The position numbers and the translations under genes were made by a program. Positions 1-9,991 of a stretch of 64,000 nt of DNA are shown here, in pieces (positions within the stretch are counted from its first letter, which is position 1; every line of letters starts with the position of its first letter). This DNA is from Podarcis erhardii. Taxonomy: Eukaryota. The stretch is from NCBI GenBank assembly GCA_964252035.1, contig OZ176207.1; one strand, given 5' to 3'. Under the pieces are notes generated by a model, which was not told where the DNA came from, searched no databases, and saw only the letters and a list, made by a program, of their open reading frames with translations.

Positions 1-1331
1 CACATTTCATGCTTGTCTTGTGCTTGGTCACACAGGTCTTCTCTCATAACCCTTCCCACAATCTGAGCACCGTTGGAATGTGTGGTTGGGCACATATGGG
101 CTATTATTTTGTGACATGATTAGTGATGCCCATCATAACTCCCGCCCACCAGTATGCTTGCTGTGAACCTCACCAGCAAATCTATATCCCCATCAACTGT
201 GGGCTGGCAGGTGCACGTTTGACACTGAGAAGTTGTTGCAGTAGAGTTGTGAAATGGGTACAGTCTGCTTGTGGTACATTTGATGTGTATCCTTGCAGAA
301 AGGCCCTGAGTAATCGGATCTGCCCTGGCCTACTGCACCTTCCAAGAACCTGCAGGCATCTGCCTTGCATTTTCCCTCTTAAGACATCCCACACCCACTT
401 CCCAATGTAGAAACCTACCAAGGGCCTCTCAAACCTTCAGTGAAGGAGACGCAGATAACTGATAAAAATGTGACATGGCTCTCTGAGAACTGATCTTTCT
501 CCTTGCAGCTCTCAGTAACAAATCAAAATGGGAATAATTTGGGCAGTAGGTTGTGGGCAGTCAAAGGGCCAGTAATTTTGTGACTGCTTTATTAAGTGGG
601 TCTATTTAGATGGCCATGTGTCCTACTTTGCAGATAACAGTTCTCTAGTTGAAGGGCCCTAATCCAGCTGGAAGCTAGAGATCCCTTGGAAGGAAGAGCA
701 GCAGCAGCCTTGAAGTTGCCCATTAGCAGTTCACTCCTCAAGAGAAGACTGAGCAGGCACCCAGGTTAGTCTTCACAGCTATGATGAGATTTAAATAATA
801 GCAATGCTGTTTAAATAATGCTCATCATTGCTAAATTTGCAGTTCTGCATATGAATTAACATATGCAAATACTATGCAAATATGTGTCCTTTTTGGCAAT
901 GCGTAAGTGGCCTCCCTGTGTGTCCATGCCAGCTATCCAAGGGTATACCTAATTTCAAATACAGTGGAAGTTGAACTTGTAGTGCAGTGCACATCTAATT
1001 GAGTACATAGTTAAGGCTTTATTTGTGGGTTTGGCTACAGGGGAATTGGTACTATTTAAAAGAGATTATGATTTCCCTGTGATCTGGTGTTAGCACTGGA
1101 CATCTTTTGGTGCTTGTCATTGTAGGGCTCACTGCTGATACCTTCCCTGGTCCCCATTTAAAAATTAAAATGCAATAAATTCCAGTGCTCCAGTCTGGAT
1201 CATTTTAATTTCCAACAAAATACCCTCAACTTAGCACTGTTTTGAGACGTTGCAAGAAATTAAAATAGTGGCAAGTGGGTAATGGCACCAGCATCCACTT
1301 CTTCCAGGGACATTTAAAACCTGGAATTGCA

Positions 1332-1343
1332 ATGTCTGGTCCT
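1332..1343 (+). CDS. CNDP1: CNDP1-like coding exon 1 (MSGP), probable start micro-exon
   Basis: gcaATG TCT GGT CCT followed by consensus donor gtgagt, phase 0. It supplies the Met missing from the hydrophobic phase-0 exon at 2502. Human CNDP1 also has a very short first coding exon (recalled). Confidence 0.55.
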
Positions 1344-2101
1344 GTGAGTTTGTTGCTCAAAATACTTTTTACTCTTTTTTCAATTTTTACAGTTAAAGTA
1401 AAAATAATGAGAACAAAACTAAAAGCTGGAAGGCGCTTTGAAGGGGCAGTGAGGGAGCAAAGTTGGGGGAAGGTTTTTCTTATTGAATCTTTGTTTATGC
1501 CTAATCCAGCAAATTAGGCATATTGGACTCCTCATCACTTCTTACAGAAGCAACTTGGACCCACAACTGTGCGACACTGAAACATTGGATGGCCATGCCC
1601 TATAGTGGCACTGTGCTGGACAGCTCTCATTCTCCGTACAGTATTAACTTTTACAATCCTTAAATTTCTCTGATGCCCAAACTATACTTAATTATTTTCC
1701 AACACTGTGGGCATTGATGGATCGGCTTGTGTTTACTGCACAGTAACTGTAACTTCCTGGAAAAAACGCATCAACCAGACAGTTAAGAAATTAGCAAACT
1801 GTTTGCTCAGGCTAAATAAACAGTGGGAACTGAGATAAAATTGGTGGTGCGGAATGACTTACAAAGCAAAAGCTTACTGGATTTTGAAATAAGAGGACGT
1901 CTCACAGCCTCTGCTTACTGACTATTGGCAAAGAAGACGAGAATAATAAATTCTGCCACTACTTGTCTCTACTGCCATGGTGAAGTATTGCCTGTTTCTC
2001 TTACTATTTGCAAATGCTAAGTATGGGTGAGAAGAATCCATCAGTCTGCTTTTGGACTGTTGGAACATATGCATAAGAGATATATAATAATCCTTAAAAA
2101 C

Positions 2102-2106
<5 letters not shown>

Positions 2107-2136
<30 letters not shown>
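2107..2136. repeat. (TG)n microsatellite
   Basis: Direct reading. Confidence 0.95.
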
Positions 2137-2141
<5 letters not shown>

Positions 2142-2501
2142 CCCACAAAAGGCACTGTACGTCTATAGTGAACTGTATAGAAAACTAAATTGCATAGAGC
2201 ACTGTCCTTGGAACATCTCACCGCTCAGGCAAGTGGCAAACATTGTAAGCAGTCAGGAAACGGAACTATTGCAATGGAAGGGTTTGCTAGCGGTTTGTTT
2301 TTCAAAGCAAAGATTAATCTAGACTAAGACAACAGTGATAGAATAACAAACAGCAGTCTTAACTTATAGGGCAAACTCTAGTCTCACCCCCTGCCCCCTG
2401 GATAAAGTGGAATCGTCTGTAACCAAACAGTCCAGGTCAAACAGTATGGGATTTTGGCTCTGAGAATTGCAGGCTACTAATAATAGTAATTATTCTTTCA
2501 G

Positions 2502-2612
2502 ATATCCCTTGTATTTCTTCTTGCTTTCACAACTATCACCAGTGAAGCATCACTTGCCCCTGCAGATCAAATATTTCAGTACATTGATGCACATCAACAT
2601 GAATATGTACAG
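2502..2612 (+). CDS. CNDP1: CNDP1-like exon 2: signal peptide core and N-terminus (ISLVFLLAFTTITSEASLAPADQIFQYIDAHQHEYVQ)
   Basis: Acceptor ttctttcag, donor gtacaa. FQYIDxHQ motif of CNDP1 preceded by a hydrophobic stretch. Not in the ORF track because it has no ATG of its own. Confidence 0.88.
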
Positions 2613-2715
2613 GTACAAGCGGGTGTGCTATTTTGGGACAAACTGGAAAACTAGAGTGAAGGAGTGTTACCTGGAATGTGGATTCCATCCCCCTCATAAT
2701 TTCCTCTTTTCACAG

Positions 2716-2859
2716 AGACTCAGAGAATGGGTGGCCATTGAAAGTGACTCCAGTAACCTTCTGAAGAGGCAAGATCTGATTGAAATGATACATTTAGCAG
2801 AAGAGAGGATAAAATATTTAGGAGGAACTGTTGAGTTGGCGGAACTGGGTGTACAAGAG
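2716..2859 (+). CDS. CNDP1: CNDP1-like exon 3 (RLREWVAIESDS...ELGVQE)
   Basis: AG/GT bounded, 144 nt. WVAIESDS is the CNDP1-type motif (CNDP2 has WVAIQSVS). Confidence 0.93.
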
Positions 2860-2890
2860 GTAATTATTGTGTTTCAGCATGAAATCTATA

Positions 2891-2992
2891 CTCGGCCCTC
2901 CAGTGGCCATCCCTGACCACTGGTCCTGTTAGCTAGGGATGATAGGAGTTGTAGTCCCAAAACATCTGGAGGGCCAAGTTTGCCTATGCCTG
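2891..2992. mobile_element. Partly deleted hAT-type MITE
   Basis: Right end ctggagggccaagtttgcctatgcctg, with a remnant left arm ctcggccctccag. Internal sequence resembles the MITE at 42073. Confidence 0.65.
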
Positions 2993-3224
2993 CCTTAAGG
3001 CTACTGCTTAATGTCTCTAAAGAGTCTTCGTTAATCTGCCTAAAACATTTCAGTGTTTCATGCTATGTGTTTTGGTCACCCACTCTCCTCCTCCTCCTCC
3101 AATATTTGCTGAAGTATAGAAGATAGAAATAAAGTCTCTGTCCACTGGATCACAATTGAAAAATATGATCTAAAGGAAAGATAGAATTGCCAGTAACATA
3201 AGTTACATAGGAAACAGCTATATA

Positions 3225-3470
3225 TGTTATGTACTGAAGTTCTCACCCTGGGCCAGCAAGGGGATACTGTAGATAGTTATGCAAATAAGGGATCGAAAGT
3301 GACGTTCAGTGATTGGATAGTTTTAGAAAGTTGTAACAATTATGTCTACTGGAGCTCTATATAAGCAGGCTCACTGGGCCCTTCAGCTCAGTTCTGTTCT
3401 GGCCTCTGAATAAAGAAGGGCTGTTTGAAGAATCACTGTGTCGTCTGATATGTTCACCCACAACTTAACA
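3225..3470 (+). mobile_element. Solo LTR (246 bp)
   Basis: TGTTA...TAACA termini, 5-bp flanking repeat atata (3220-3224 and 3471-3475), TATATAA at 3358, AATAAA at 3409. Confidence 0.8.
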
Positions 3471-3587
3471 ATATATATAGATGGACTATAACGTGGTCAG
3501 GAGGTGAGGGGATTGGGTAAAAGAGGCAAGTGATAGCTTCTAGCACTTGTATAGGATTGCACTGTTAATGCATCGCTTCTGCTTTAG

Positions 3588-3750
3588 CTGCATAATGGAA
3601 CTACACCTCGTTTGCCACCAGTCATTCTGGCAGAACTTAAAAAGGACCCTAAAAAACATACAGTTTGTTTTTATGGACATCTGGATGTGCAGCCAGCCAG
3701 ATTAGAGGATGGATGGGCATCAGAGCCATACAATTTGACAGAAAAAAATG
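3588..3750 (+). CDS. CNDP1: CNDP1-like exon 4 (PPVILAEL...YGHLDVQPA), first metal His
   Basis: AG/GT bounded, 163 nt, contains the M20 motif YGHLDVQP. Confidence 0.96.
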
Positions 3751-4029
3751 GTGAGCATTTATTCTTCTTCAATGTCAGCAATACAGAGACAGAATGTCAC
3801 TGAATACCAGTTCTTGGGTGGCAATAGTGGGAGAAGGTATTGCTTCAGGCTCTGCTTGTGAACTTCCTGCAGGCATCTGATTGGCCACTGTGGAAACAAG
3901 ATGGTAAACCAAATGAACATTTTATCCGGTACAACAGGACTCTTATGTCACCTCTGAAACTTGTAAAACACTGTACAATTGAATAACTGGATTCTATCAG
4001 CTTCTCTTTATTTCACTTTTATTTTCAAG

Positions 4030-4112
4030 GTCGTCTGTATGGACGTGGAACCTCGGACGACAAAGGGCAAATTCTGGCTGTACTGAATGCAGTAGAAGCA
4101 CTTCAACAATAT
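4030..4112 (+). CDS. CNDP1: CNDP1-like exon 5 (GRLYGRGTSDDKG...)
   Basis: AG/GT bounded, 83 nt, phases match neighbours, LYGRGxxDDKG motif. Confidence 0.93.
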
Positions 4113-4217
4113 GTAAATGATTTATTTTTTTTTAACAAGTCTTTCTTATTTCATGAAATCTGCCATCAAAACAAAACAAACACATTGTTTACTACATTTT
4201 AAACCACTCTCTGACAG

Positions 4218-4415
4218 GAACTTCCTGTAAATGTAAAGTTTGTCCTTGAAGCCATGGAAGAAGTAGGATCCCCTGGACTATTGAAACTGGTTGAAGAGAG
4301 AAACAGTACGTTTTTTTCAGATGTCGATTACATTGTGATCACTGATTCCTCATGGATCAGCAACAAACCAAGTATTACATATGGAACAAGGGGAAACAGC
4401 TACTTCTTAATTGAG
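4218..4415 (+). CDS. CNDP1: CNDP1-like exon 6 (ELPVNVKFVLEAMEE...TYGTRGNSYFLIE)
   Basis: AG/GT bounded, 198 nt. Catalytic EE pair, metal Asp in ITDSSW, and TYGTRGNSYF, which is CNDP1-type (CNDP2 has TYGLRGICYF). Confidence 0.96.
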
Positions 4416-4453
4416 GTATTTGGGGCTCTTTAATATTGTTACAGTTAGTAGAA

Positions 4454-4623
4454 TCAGTGTGGTATAATAGTTGGACTATGCCCTAGGAGACTAGGGTTCT
4501 AATCCAATGCAGCCATGAAGCCCAGTTTAATTTACCTCACGGGGTTGTTAGAATAAAATAGAGGTGAGGAGAACCATGGACCACCTTGAGCTACTTGGAG
4601 GAAAGTTGGGATATAATAATAAT
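4454..4623 (+). mobile_element. Degenerate MIR/CORE-like tRNA-derived SINE
   Basis: A-box-like start, tacctcac...gttgt core-like segment, (aat)n tail. Confidence 0.6.
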
Positions 4624-4845
4624 GCTAATTTTACAGACACATCTTATTCATTTTATTATCATTTGACTGTAAAGTTTCTAAAGAATAAGCTGCTAAGCGA
4701 GGATTACAATTTTTAATTGATGCATGTCTGAGAGGGATGAGCCCACAAACGTGAAGCTTGTGCCTGTTCATTTTCCTGATGCAAAATCTTGGTATGGCAT
4801 GTCATATTAATACACCCTCTGATTCCTTTATCTACTTTTTTCTAG

Positions 4846-4930
4846 GTTGAATGTGCTAAAAAAGACTTGCATTCAGGGACCTTCGGAGGTATAGTTCCTG
4901 AAGCAACCAGTGACTTAATATATCTGTTGA
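4846..4930 (+). CDS. CNDP1: CNDP1-like exon 7 (VECAKKDLHSGTFGG...)
   Basis: AG/GT bounded, 85 nt, DLHSG motif. Confidence 0.95.
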
Positions 4931-5004
4931 GTAAGTAGAGTTTCTGCTAGTGAACAACTAGCTCACACATTCTAGGCTGCTTCAAAGCTTGACTACTGAG
5001 ATTT

Positions 5005-5235
5005 CAGCATTGGTAACCTCAAGACTGGATTACTGCAATGCGCTCTGTGTGGGGCTTCCCTTGGGCACCTTCACAGCTGCAGCTAGTGCAAAATGCAGGG
5101 CTTAATTGTTGACTGAGGAACCCTCTCAGCGCCATATAACACCTCTGCTGAAGAAACTGCGATGGCTGCCAGTATGTGCTGTTCAGGGTCTTGCTTTTAG
5201 CCTTAAAGCCCTAAACAACTTGGGACCAGGATATA
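5005..5235 (+). mobile_element. Degenerate L2-type LINE ORF2 fragment
   Basis: Frameshifted remnants LVTSRLDYCNAL, LQLVQNA and HITPLLKKLRWLPV, homologous to the L2 ORF at 15349-16452. Confidence 0.8.
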
Positions 5236-5665
5236 CGGCTTGCAAATACTGCTGAGAGTACCATAAGCCCCAGAGGTGTGTTTAGCCTATGCTAGACACT
5301 GAACTTTTAGTGCTGGAACTCTAGCTTTCTAGAATAAATTACCAGCCAAAACCAGACAGGTGCCTAGTGTGATGATGTTTGAAGGCATTTTTCTTTATGA
5401 AGGGTTTCCTTGAGGTGCCACCCAGTCATATATGGAAGATCAACTTTATATTTAATGAAATTATTTCATTGCTATCATTGTCGTCATCGTCATCATCATC
5501 ATCACCACCACCATTTTACCCCACCCCAGCACTCTGGGCAGCTTCTAAGACAAATAAAAACATAATAAAACATCACACATTAAATAACTTCCTGATAAAA
5601 GGCTTGCCTGCCTTTAGATGTCTTCAAAAACTCATCTCCTTGACATCTGATGGGAGGGCTAAACG

Positions 5666-5823
5666 CAGTGGCGTAGCGTGGGTTGTCAGCACCCGGGGCA
5701 AGGCAAGTAATTTGCGCCCCCTAACCCGTGGATTTGCGCCCCCTAACCCATGGATTTGCCCTAACCCCAGATGTTGCGCCCGGTGCAGCCGGCCCCCCCT
5801 GCACCCCCCACGCTACGCCACTG
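5666..5823. mobile_element. hAT-type MITE (158 bp)
   Basis: TIR cagtggcgtagcgtggg / cccacgctacgccactg, perfect 8-bp TSD gctaaacg, internal tandem tttgcgccccctaaccc units. Confidence 0.92.
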
Positions 5824-6494
5824 GCTAAACGAAAGCTAAACGATGAGTACTGGTCTGGACAACATGCTAAACCAAGCATGTCAAAAAGTTATATAGTTAC
5901 TCATCTTCTTGTGTGCATGCACACGAAAGCTCATACCAATAACAAACTTAGTTGATCTCTAATGTGGTACTGGAAGGATTTTTTATTTTATTTTATTACG
6001 TCTATAGACATTCTAATGAACATTCATAGGTTGGGGTCAGTTTGCCACATGTATGCTATTATTCCCACTACCTCCCCCCATTTATCTTATTCTTATTTAG
6101 CCATCATCTTACTCTGGGGATCTGGTTTTATAGGTTTATCTATATATTAAAGTTCCTTACCAGTTGTGCATGTTCTATGATGCCGAAGAAGCATAGCTCT
6201 TCATAGAGATTCTTAGAGAACAGCAAAGCTTAGCATTTTCTGTAAGTTTATCATGTAACGTTTTGTTTAAAAATAAAAGGGAAATGGGGCAGCTACAATT
6301 TATTGATTTTTTAAAATAGAAATTAGGAGAAATATTCAATAAACTTTAAAAAAATTAAAGGACTATTTTGAGGCTTGCCTTCTGTATTCCCTAGCAATAC
6401 ATTCAGTATTACATTCTGTCCATTAAAAAAAAAAGTAACTGTAAGTTCTGTTATCTCTGTAGTTCCTCTTCAGAACTTGTACATTTGTTTTCAG

Positions 6495-6655
6495 GTACTC
6501 TTGTCGATTCTTCTGGTCATATACTGATACCTGGGATTTATGATGCAGTTGCTCCTCTTACAGAAAAAGAAAAGAAACTCTATGAAAAAATTGAATGGGA
6601 TTTCAAGAAGCTGAAGGACACATTTGGCATAAGAAACTTCACATATAGCACTAAA
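6495..6655 (+). CDS. CNDP1: CNDP1-like exon 8 (TLVDSSGHILIPGIYDAVAPL...)
   Basis: AG/GT bounded, 161 nt, restores phase 0. Confidence 0.95.
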
Positions 6656-7461
6656 GTATATGCCATATTGATTTTGTATTAAATTCTAAGCTGGGCTTTT
6701 GATAGCTGGTTTTACAATTTTCAGTTAGGATGGGGCAAATTGTGGGAATTCCTTTATAGTTGATGTAGAAGCATGGTCAAATCTGGGTCTGCTCTACCAT
6801 TAGGCAGTCTGGGATGGCTACTACAGGGAGCTGATTTTGGGTGCAATGAAAGGGCAGCATTTCCCTTTTTGCAGAAATATGCTTGTAAAATATGTATACA
6901 AGTCACTAGCACCATTTTCTTAGCCTGTATTAATGAATTCCACCTTGTGTGGAATTGTCAGTCCCAAATGTACTGTCAGATTGGGGGTTCTAGAGTAACC
7001 CCAAGTCTAGTCTCATGAGATAGAAAAAATGTCAGTCAACTACTCTCTCCATGATTAGTCTGAATTAGTTCTGCCATCAGGAATAATAGGATTTTTGGTC
7101 CAAAGTCTAGCACCCCACTCAGTAGAATGAGTGATGGTGGGGGGATGACAAACATACCAGGTAGCTTACCACATTTTGAAAAAAGTGACACAACACACAT
7201 TACCATTTATAGGAAGGAGGGGTGCCATAAGACCACGTATTCCAGGCTCAAAAAATGATTCAGTTTTCAGAATCTAGTTTTCATGTTTTATTAGTTTGCA
7301 GGTCACTTTGGATAACATTTCATGAAAAAGCAACTAAAAATGCAAATGATAATAATGATATAAATAACCCATTTGTCTGTGTAAAATAATAGGAATGGTG
7401 AGCAAACTGCAACTTATTAAGACTTTATATATTGCTTTAAAAGTTGCTTTTTTTTGTTTAG

Positions 7462-7626
7462 GAAGAATTATTAATGCGGAAGTCGCGCTATCCATCTTTG
7501 TCCATCCATGGAATTGAAGGAGCTTTCTCTGCACCTGGAACTAAGACTGTAATCCCTGCAAGAGTAATTGGGAAATTTTCAATACGCCTGGTTCCCCATA
7601 TGGATCGCTCTGTAGTAAAAAAACAG
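7462..7626 (+). CDS. CNDP1: CNDP1-like exon 9 ([14 protein letters not shown]...GKFSIRLVP)
   Basis: AG/GT bounded, 165 nt, conserved dimerisation-domain motifs including the substrate carboxylate Arg in SIRLVP. Confidence 0.96.
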
Positions 7627-8273
7627 GTAGAGCTCTGGGTTGTGTGTTTTTAAAATCTCTCTATTCTCTTGTGGTGAACAGTGCTAATCATTTGCTTTCC
7701 TCAGTTGATGTGATGTTTCTAGCAACCTAGCCTAAAATAGGCCTACTCAGAAGTAGGTCCCCACTGTGTTCAATAGGGCTTATTCGCAGGTAGGTGTATA
7801 CAAGATTGTTGCCGTGCAATGGAATACAATGCATGTTCATTCATAAATAATCCCTACTGAGTTCTATAGGACTTCTTATCAAATAGGTGTGTAAAGGATT
7901 GTAGCCCAAGACTGCAACTCAAGTATGCTTACTTCACATGAATTAAACTGAGGCTTACTTCTGGATAACATGCAAGGCATTGCTAGTGAATTAACTCAAA
8001 ATGAAGTTGATAATATATTTAAGGTACTAGCTTGAATTACAGAGAATGGGAATTTGAATAATGACCAGCACATTGAAGTACCAAAAGATAATCATCAGCA
8101 CATTGATCAGCCTTTATTCAAAGCTCAAAGTGTGCTAGACCATGAATACTGCAGGTCATTATCCCACAATGCATCTTCATAAGCAGATAATTAATATATT
8201 ATTGTGTTATTATGACAGATTTAATTTTCACCAGGAGCAAACTAGAATAAACTTTCACTATTATTCTCTTGAG

Positions 8274-8415
8274 GTAATGGATCATTTGAACAAGAAATTT
8301 GCTGAACGGAACAGCCCTAATCATATTGAAATAACCAATGTGCAAGCATCAAAGCCGTGGCTTTCTGATACAGATGAACCTCTGTATTTGGCTGGAAGAA
8401 AGGCAATAGAGAAAG
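8274..8415 (+). CDS. CNDP1: CNDP1-like exon 10 (VMDHLNKKFAERNSPN...KPW...AGRKAIEK)
   Basis: AG/GT bounded, 142 nt, contains RNSPN and PW motifs. Confidence 0.92.
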
Positions 8416-8902
8416 GTCTGGTCACTTCACTGCAACAAATTACAAAACTTTGGGGCTATTGTGATTATTATGAAGCACCCAGCATACTGAAAAGCAGTGT
8501 AGAAAACTTAATAGCAATGGCTGCATCATTACAAAAAATCCAAAGTAATCTACACATGCATCTAATAATAAAGCTGCAATGTTATATGAATGTGTATGTA
8601 ATTCACACAGTATTCTGAAGGAGAATTTTGGCCTTGGAAGAGGCTCGTTTTGTGAAAACATATTTTAAAGAACAGTCATGGGACGTATTAAGACAGAACT
8701 GTTTTGCTGCAGAAGATTTTAAACAGTTGTTTTTCTGGATTTTGTCAGTTACAGACAGGATCACAACTTTAAGTTTAGAAGTAGTTAACTTTTAACTCAA
8801 GATTGCAACAAAGACAAATGTGTCTGTTCTGGGACTTAGTTGGATAAAATGTTAAGTAACCAGTCTATGAAAATTAAGTTTTCTTTTATTCCTATTTCTT
8901 AG

Positions 8903-9050
8903 TATTCCACACTGAGGCTGACTTGACCCGAATAGGTGGAACAATTCCAATTGTTTCACATTTCCAAGACGTAACTGGAAAGAGTATAATGCTTCTAGGA
9001 ATAGGAGGACCAGATGATGCCCCTCATGGTCAAAATGAAAAGATCAACAG
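8903..9050 (+). CDS. CNDP1: CNDP1-like exon 11 (DLTRIGGTIPI...DDAPHGQNEKIN)
   Basis: AG/GT bounded, 148 nt, last metal His in HxQNEK. Confidence 0.96.
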
Positions 9051-9073
9051 GTAATCTGTAGGCCTTTAAAACA

Positions 9074-9303
9074 CAGTAGTACCTCTGGTTACATACGCTT
9101 CAGGTTACAGACTCCGCTAACCCAGAAACAGTACCTCGGGTTAAGAATTTTGCTTCAGGATGAGAACAGATATCGTGCGGCGGTGGCGCAGCAGCAGCGG
9201 GAGGCCCCATTAGCTAAAGTGGTGCTTCAGGAAACTTAAGAACAGTTTTAGGTTAAGAACGTACCTCCGGAACAAATTAAGTACTTAACCCAAGGTACCA
9301 CTG
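9074..9303. mobile_element. Tc1/mariner (Tigger-like) MITE
   Basis: cagtagtacctctggtta / taacccaaggtaccactg TIRs, closely similar to the copy at 37612-37821. Confidence 0.88.
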
Positions 9304-9648
9304 CAATGAAGTCTTTTACTAGTGGGGAAAATGCTACGGTAAGTGAATTTTAAGCATAATCTCTGGAGAGAAGACAACTTTGGGACTTCTGTTTTGTGTG
9401 CAACATAAACCACCTAGAAGCTTCTTGAAGATGGAAAAACTAAACATACAGCATTTGAAATACTGATGTAATGAAGTAGAAAAAGTGTGAATAATAAAAC
9501 CAGATGTAGTATTGCCCATAATTATGATGCTTACCCATTAACGTAGTCATACATTTTTGCCAAGTTGTAATTTAGACTCTCATATTCCATCTGCGCTATA
9601 TCTGCTTTTGCATGCCCACTATTAATCTTGTTTTCTTTTTAAATGTAG

Positions 9649-9712
9649 GTACAACTTCATTGAGGGAACCAAACTATATGCAGCCTTCCTTCAAGAACTT
9701 GCTTCTACCTAG
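9649..9712 (+). CDS. CNDP1: CNDP1-like last coding exon (RYNFIEGTKLYAAFLQELAST*)
   Basis: Acceptor tgtag, NxIEGTK motif, TAG at 9710-9712. The 12 exons sum to 1476 nt, giving 491 aa. Confidence 0.95.
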
Positions 9713-9830
9713 AGAAGATGGGATGATGATAAAAACCTTCTAAAGCACAGCTGCATACTTCCTTTTTTGAAATGTTCTTAAAGGAACACATATACACAAA
9801 TATATTTAGTAATTTAAACGTGATAAAATC

Positions 9831-9991
9831 AATAAATACTTGTGTGGAAAAAAGAGAAGATCCCCCCTGCAATAAAATATTTTATTTTATTTTTACATTT
9901 GGAGGTCCCATTCCTCCTTTCTTTATGTGCCTGTACAGAACTTTCTTGCTTCCTTAAGAACTCTGGACTCTCAGAAAGGAAACGGAATAAA
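9831..9991 (+). terminator. Candidate polyadenylation signals of the CNDP1-like gene
   Basis: AATAAA at 9831, 9871 and 9986, downstream of the stop codon. Confidence 0.55.

Noticed and set aside
1-1300. Possible terminal exons of CNDP2 or another CNDP paralogue
   Set aside because: No M20 motifs or fitting exons found; CNDP2 would lie upstream of the window.
2893-2908. Reverse CTCF-like motif gccctccagtggcc
   Set aside because: It spans the internal deletion junction of a MITE remnant and has a core mismatch; probably incidental.
4113-4217. 105-nt (3n) intron as a possible in-frame retained segment
   Set aside because: In-frame TAA at 4200-4202.
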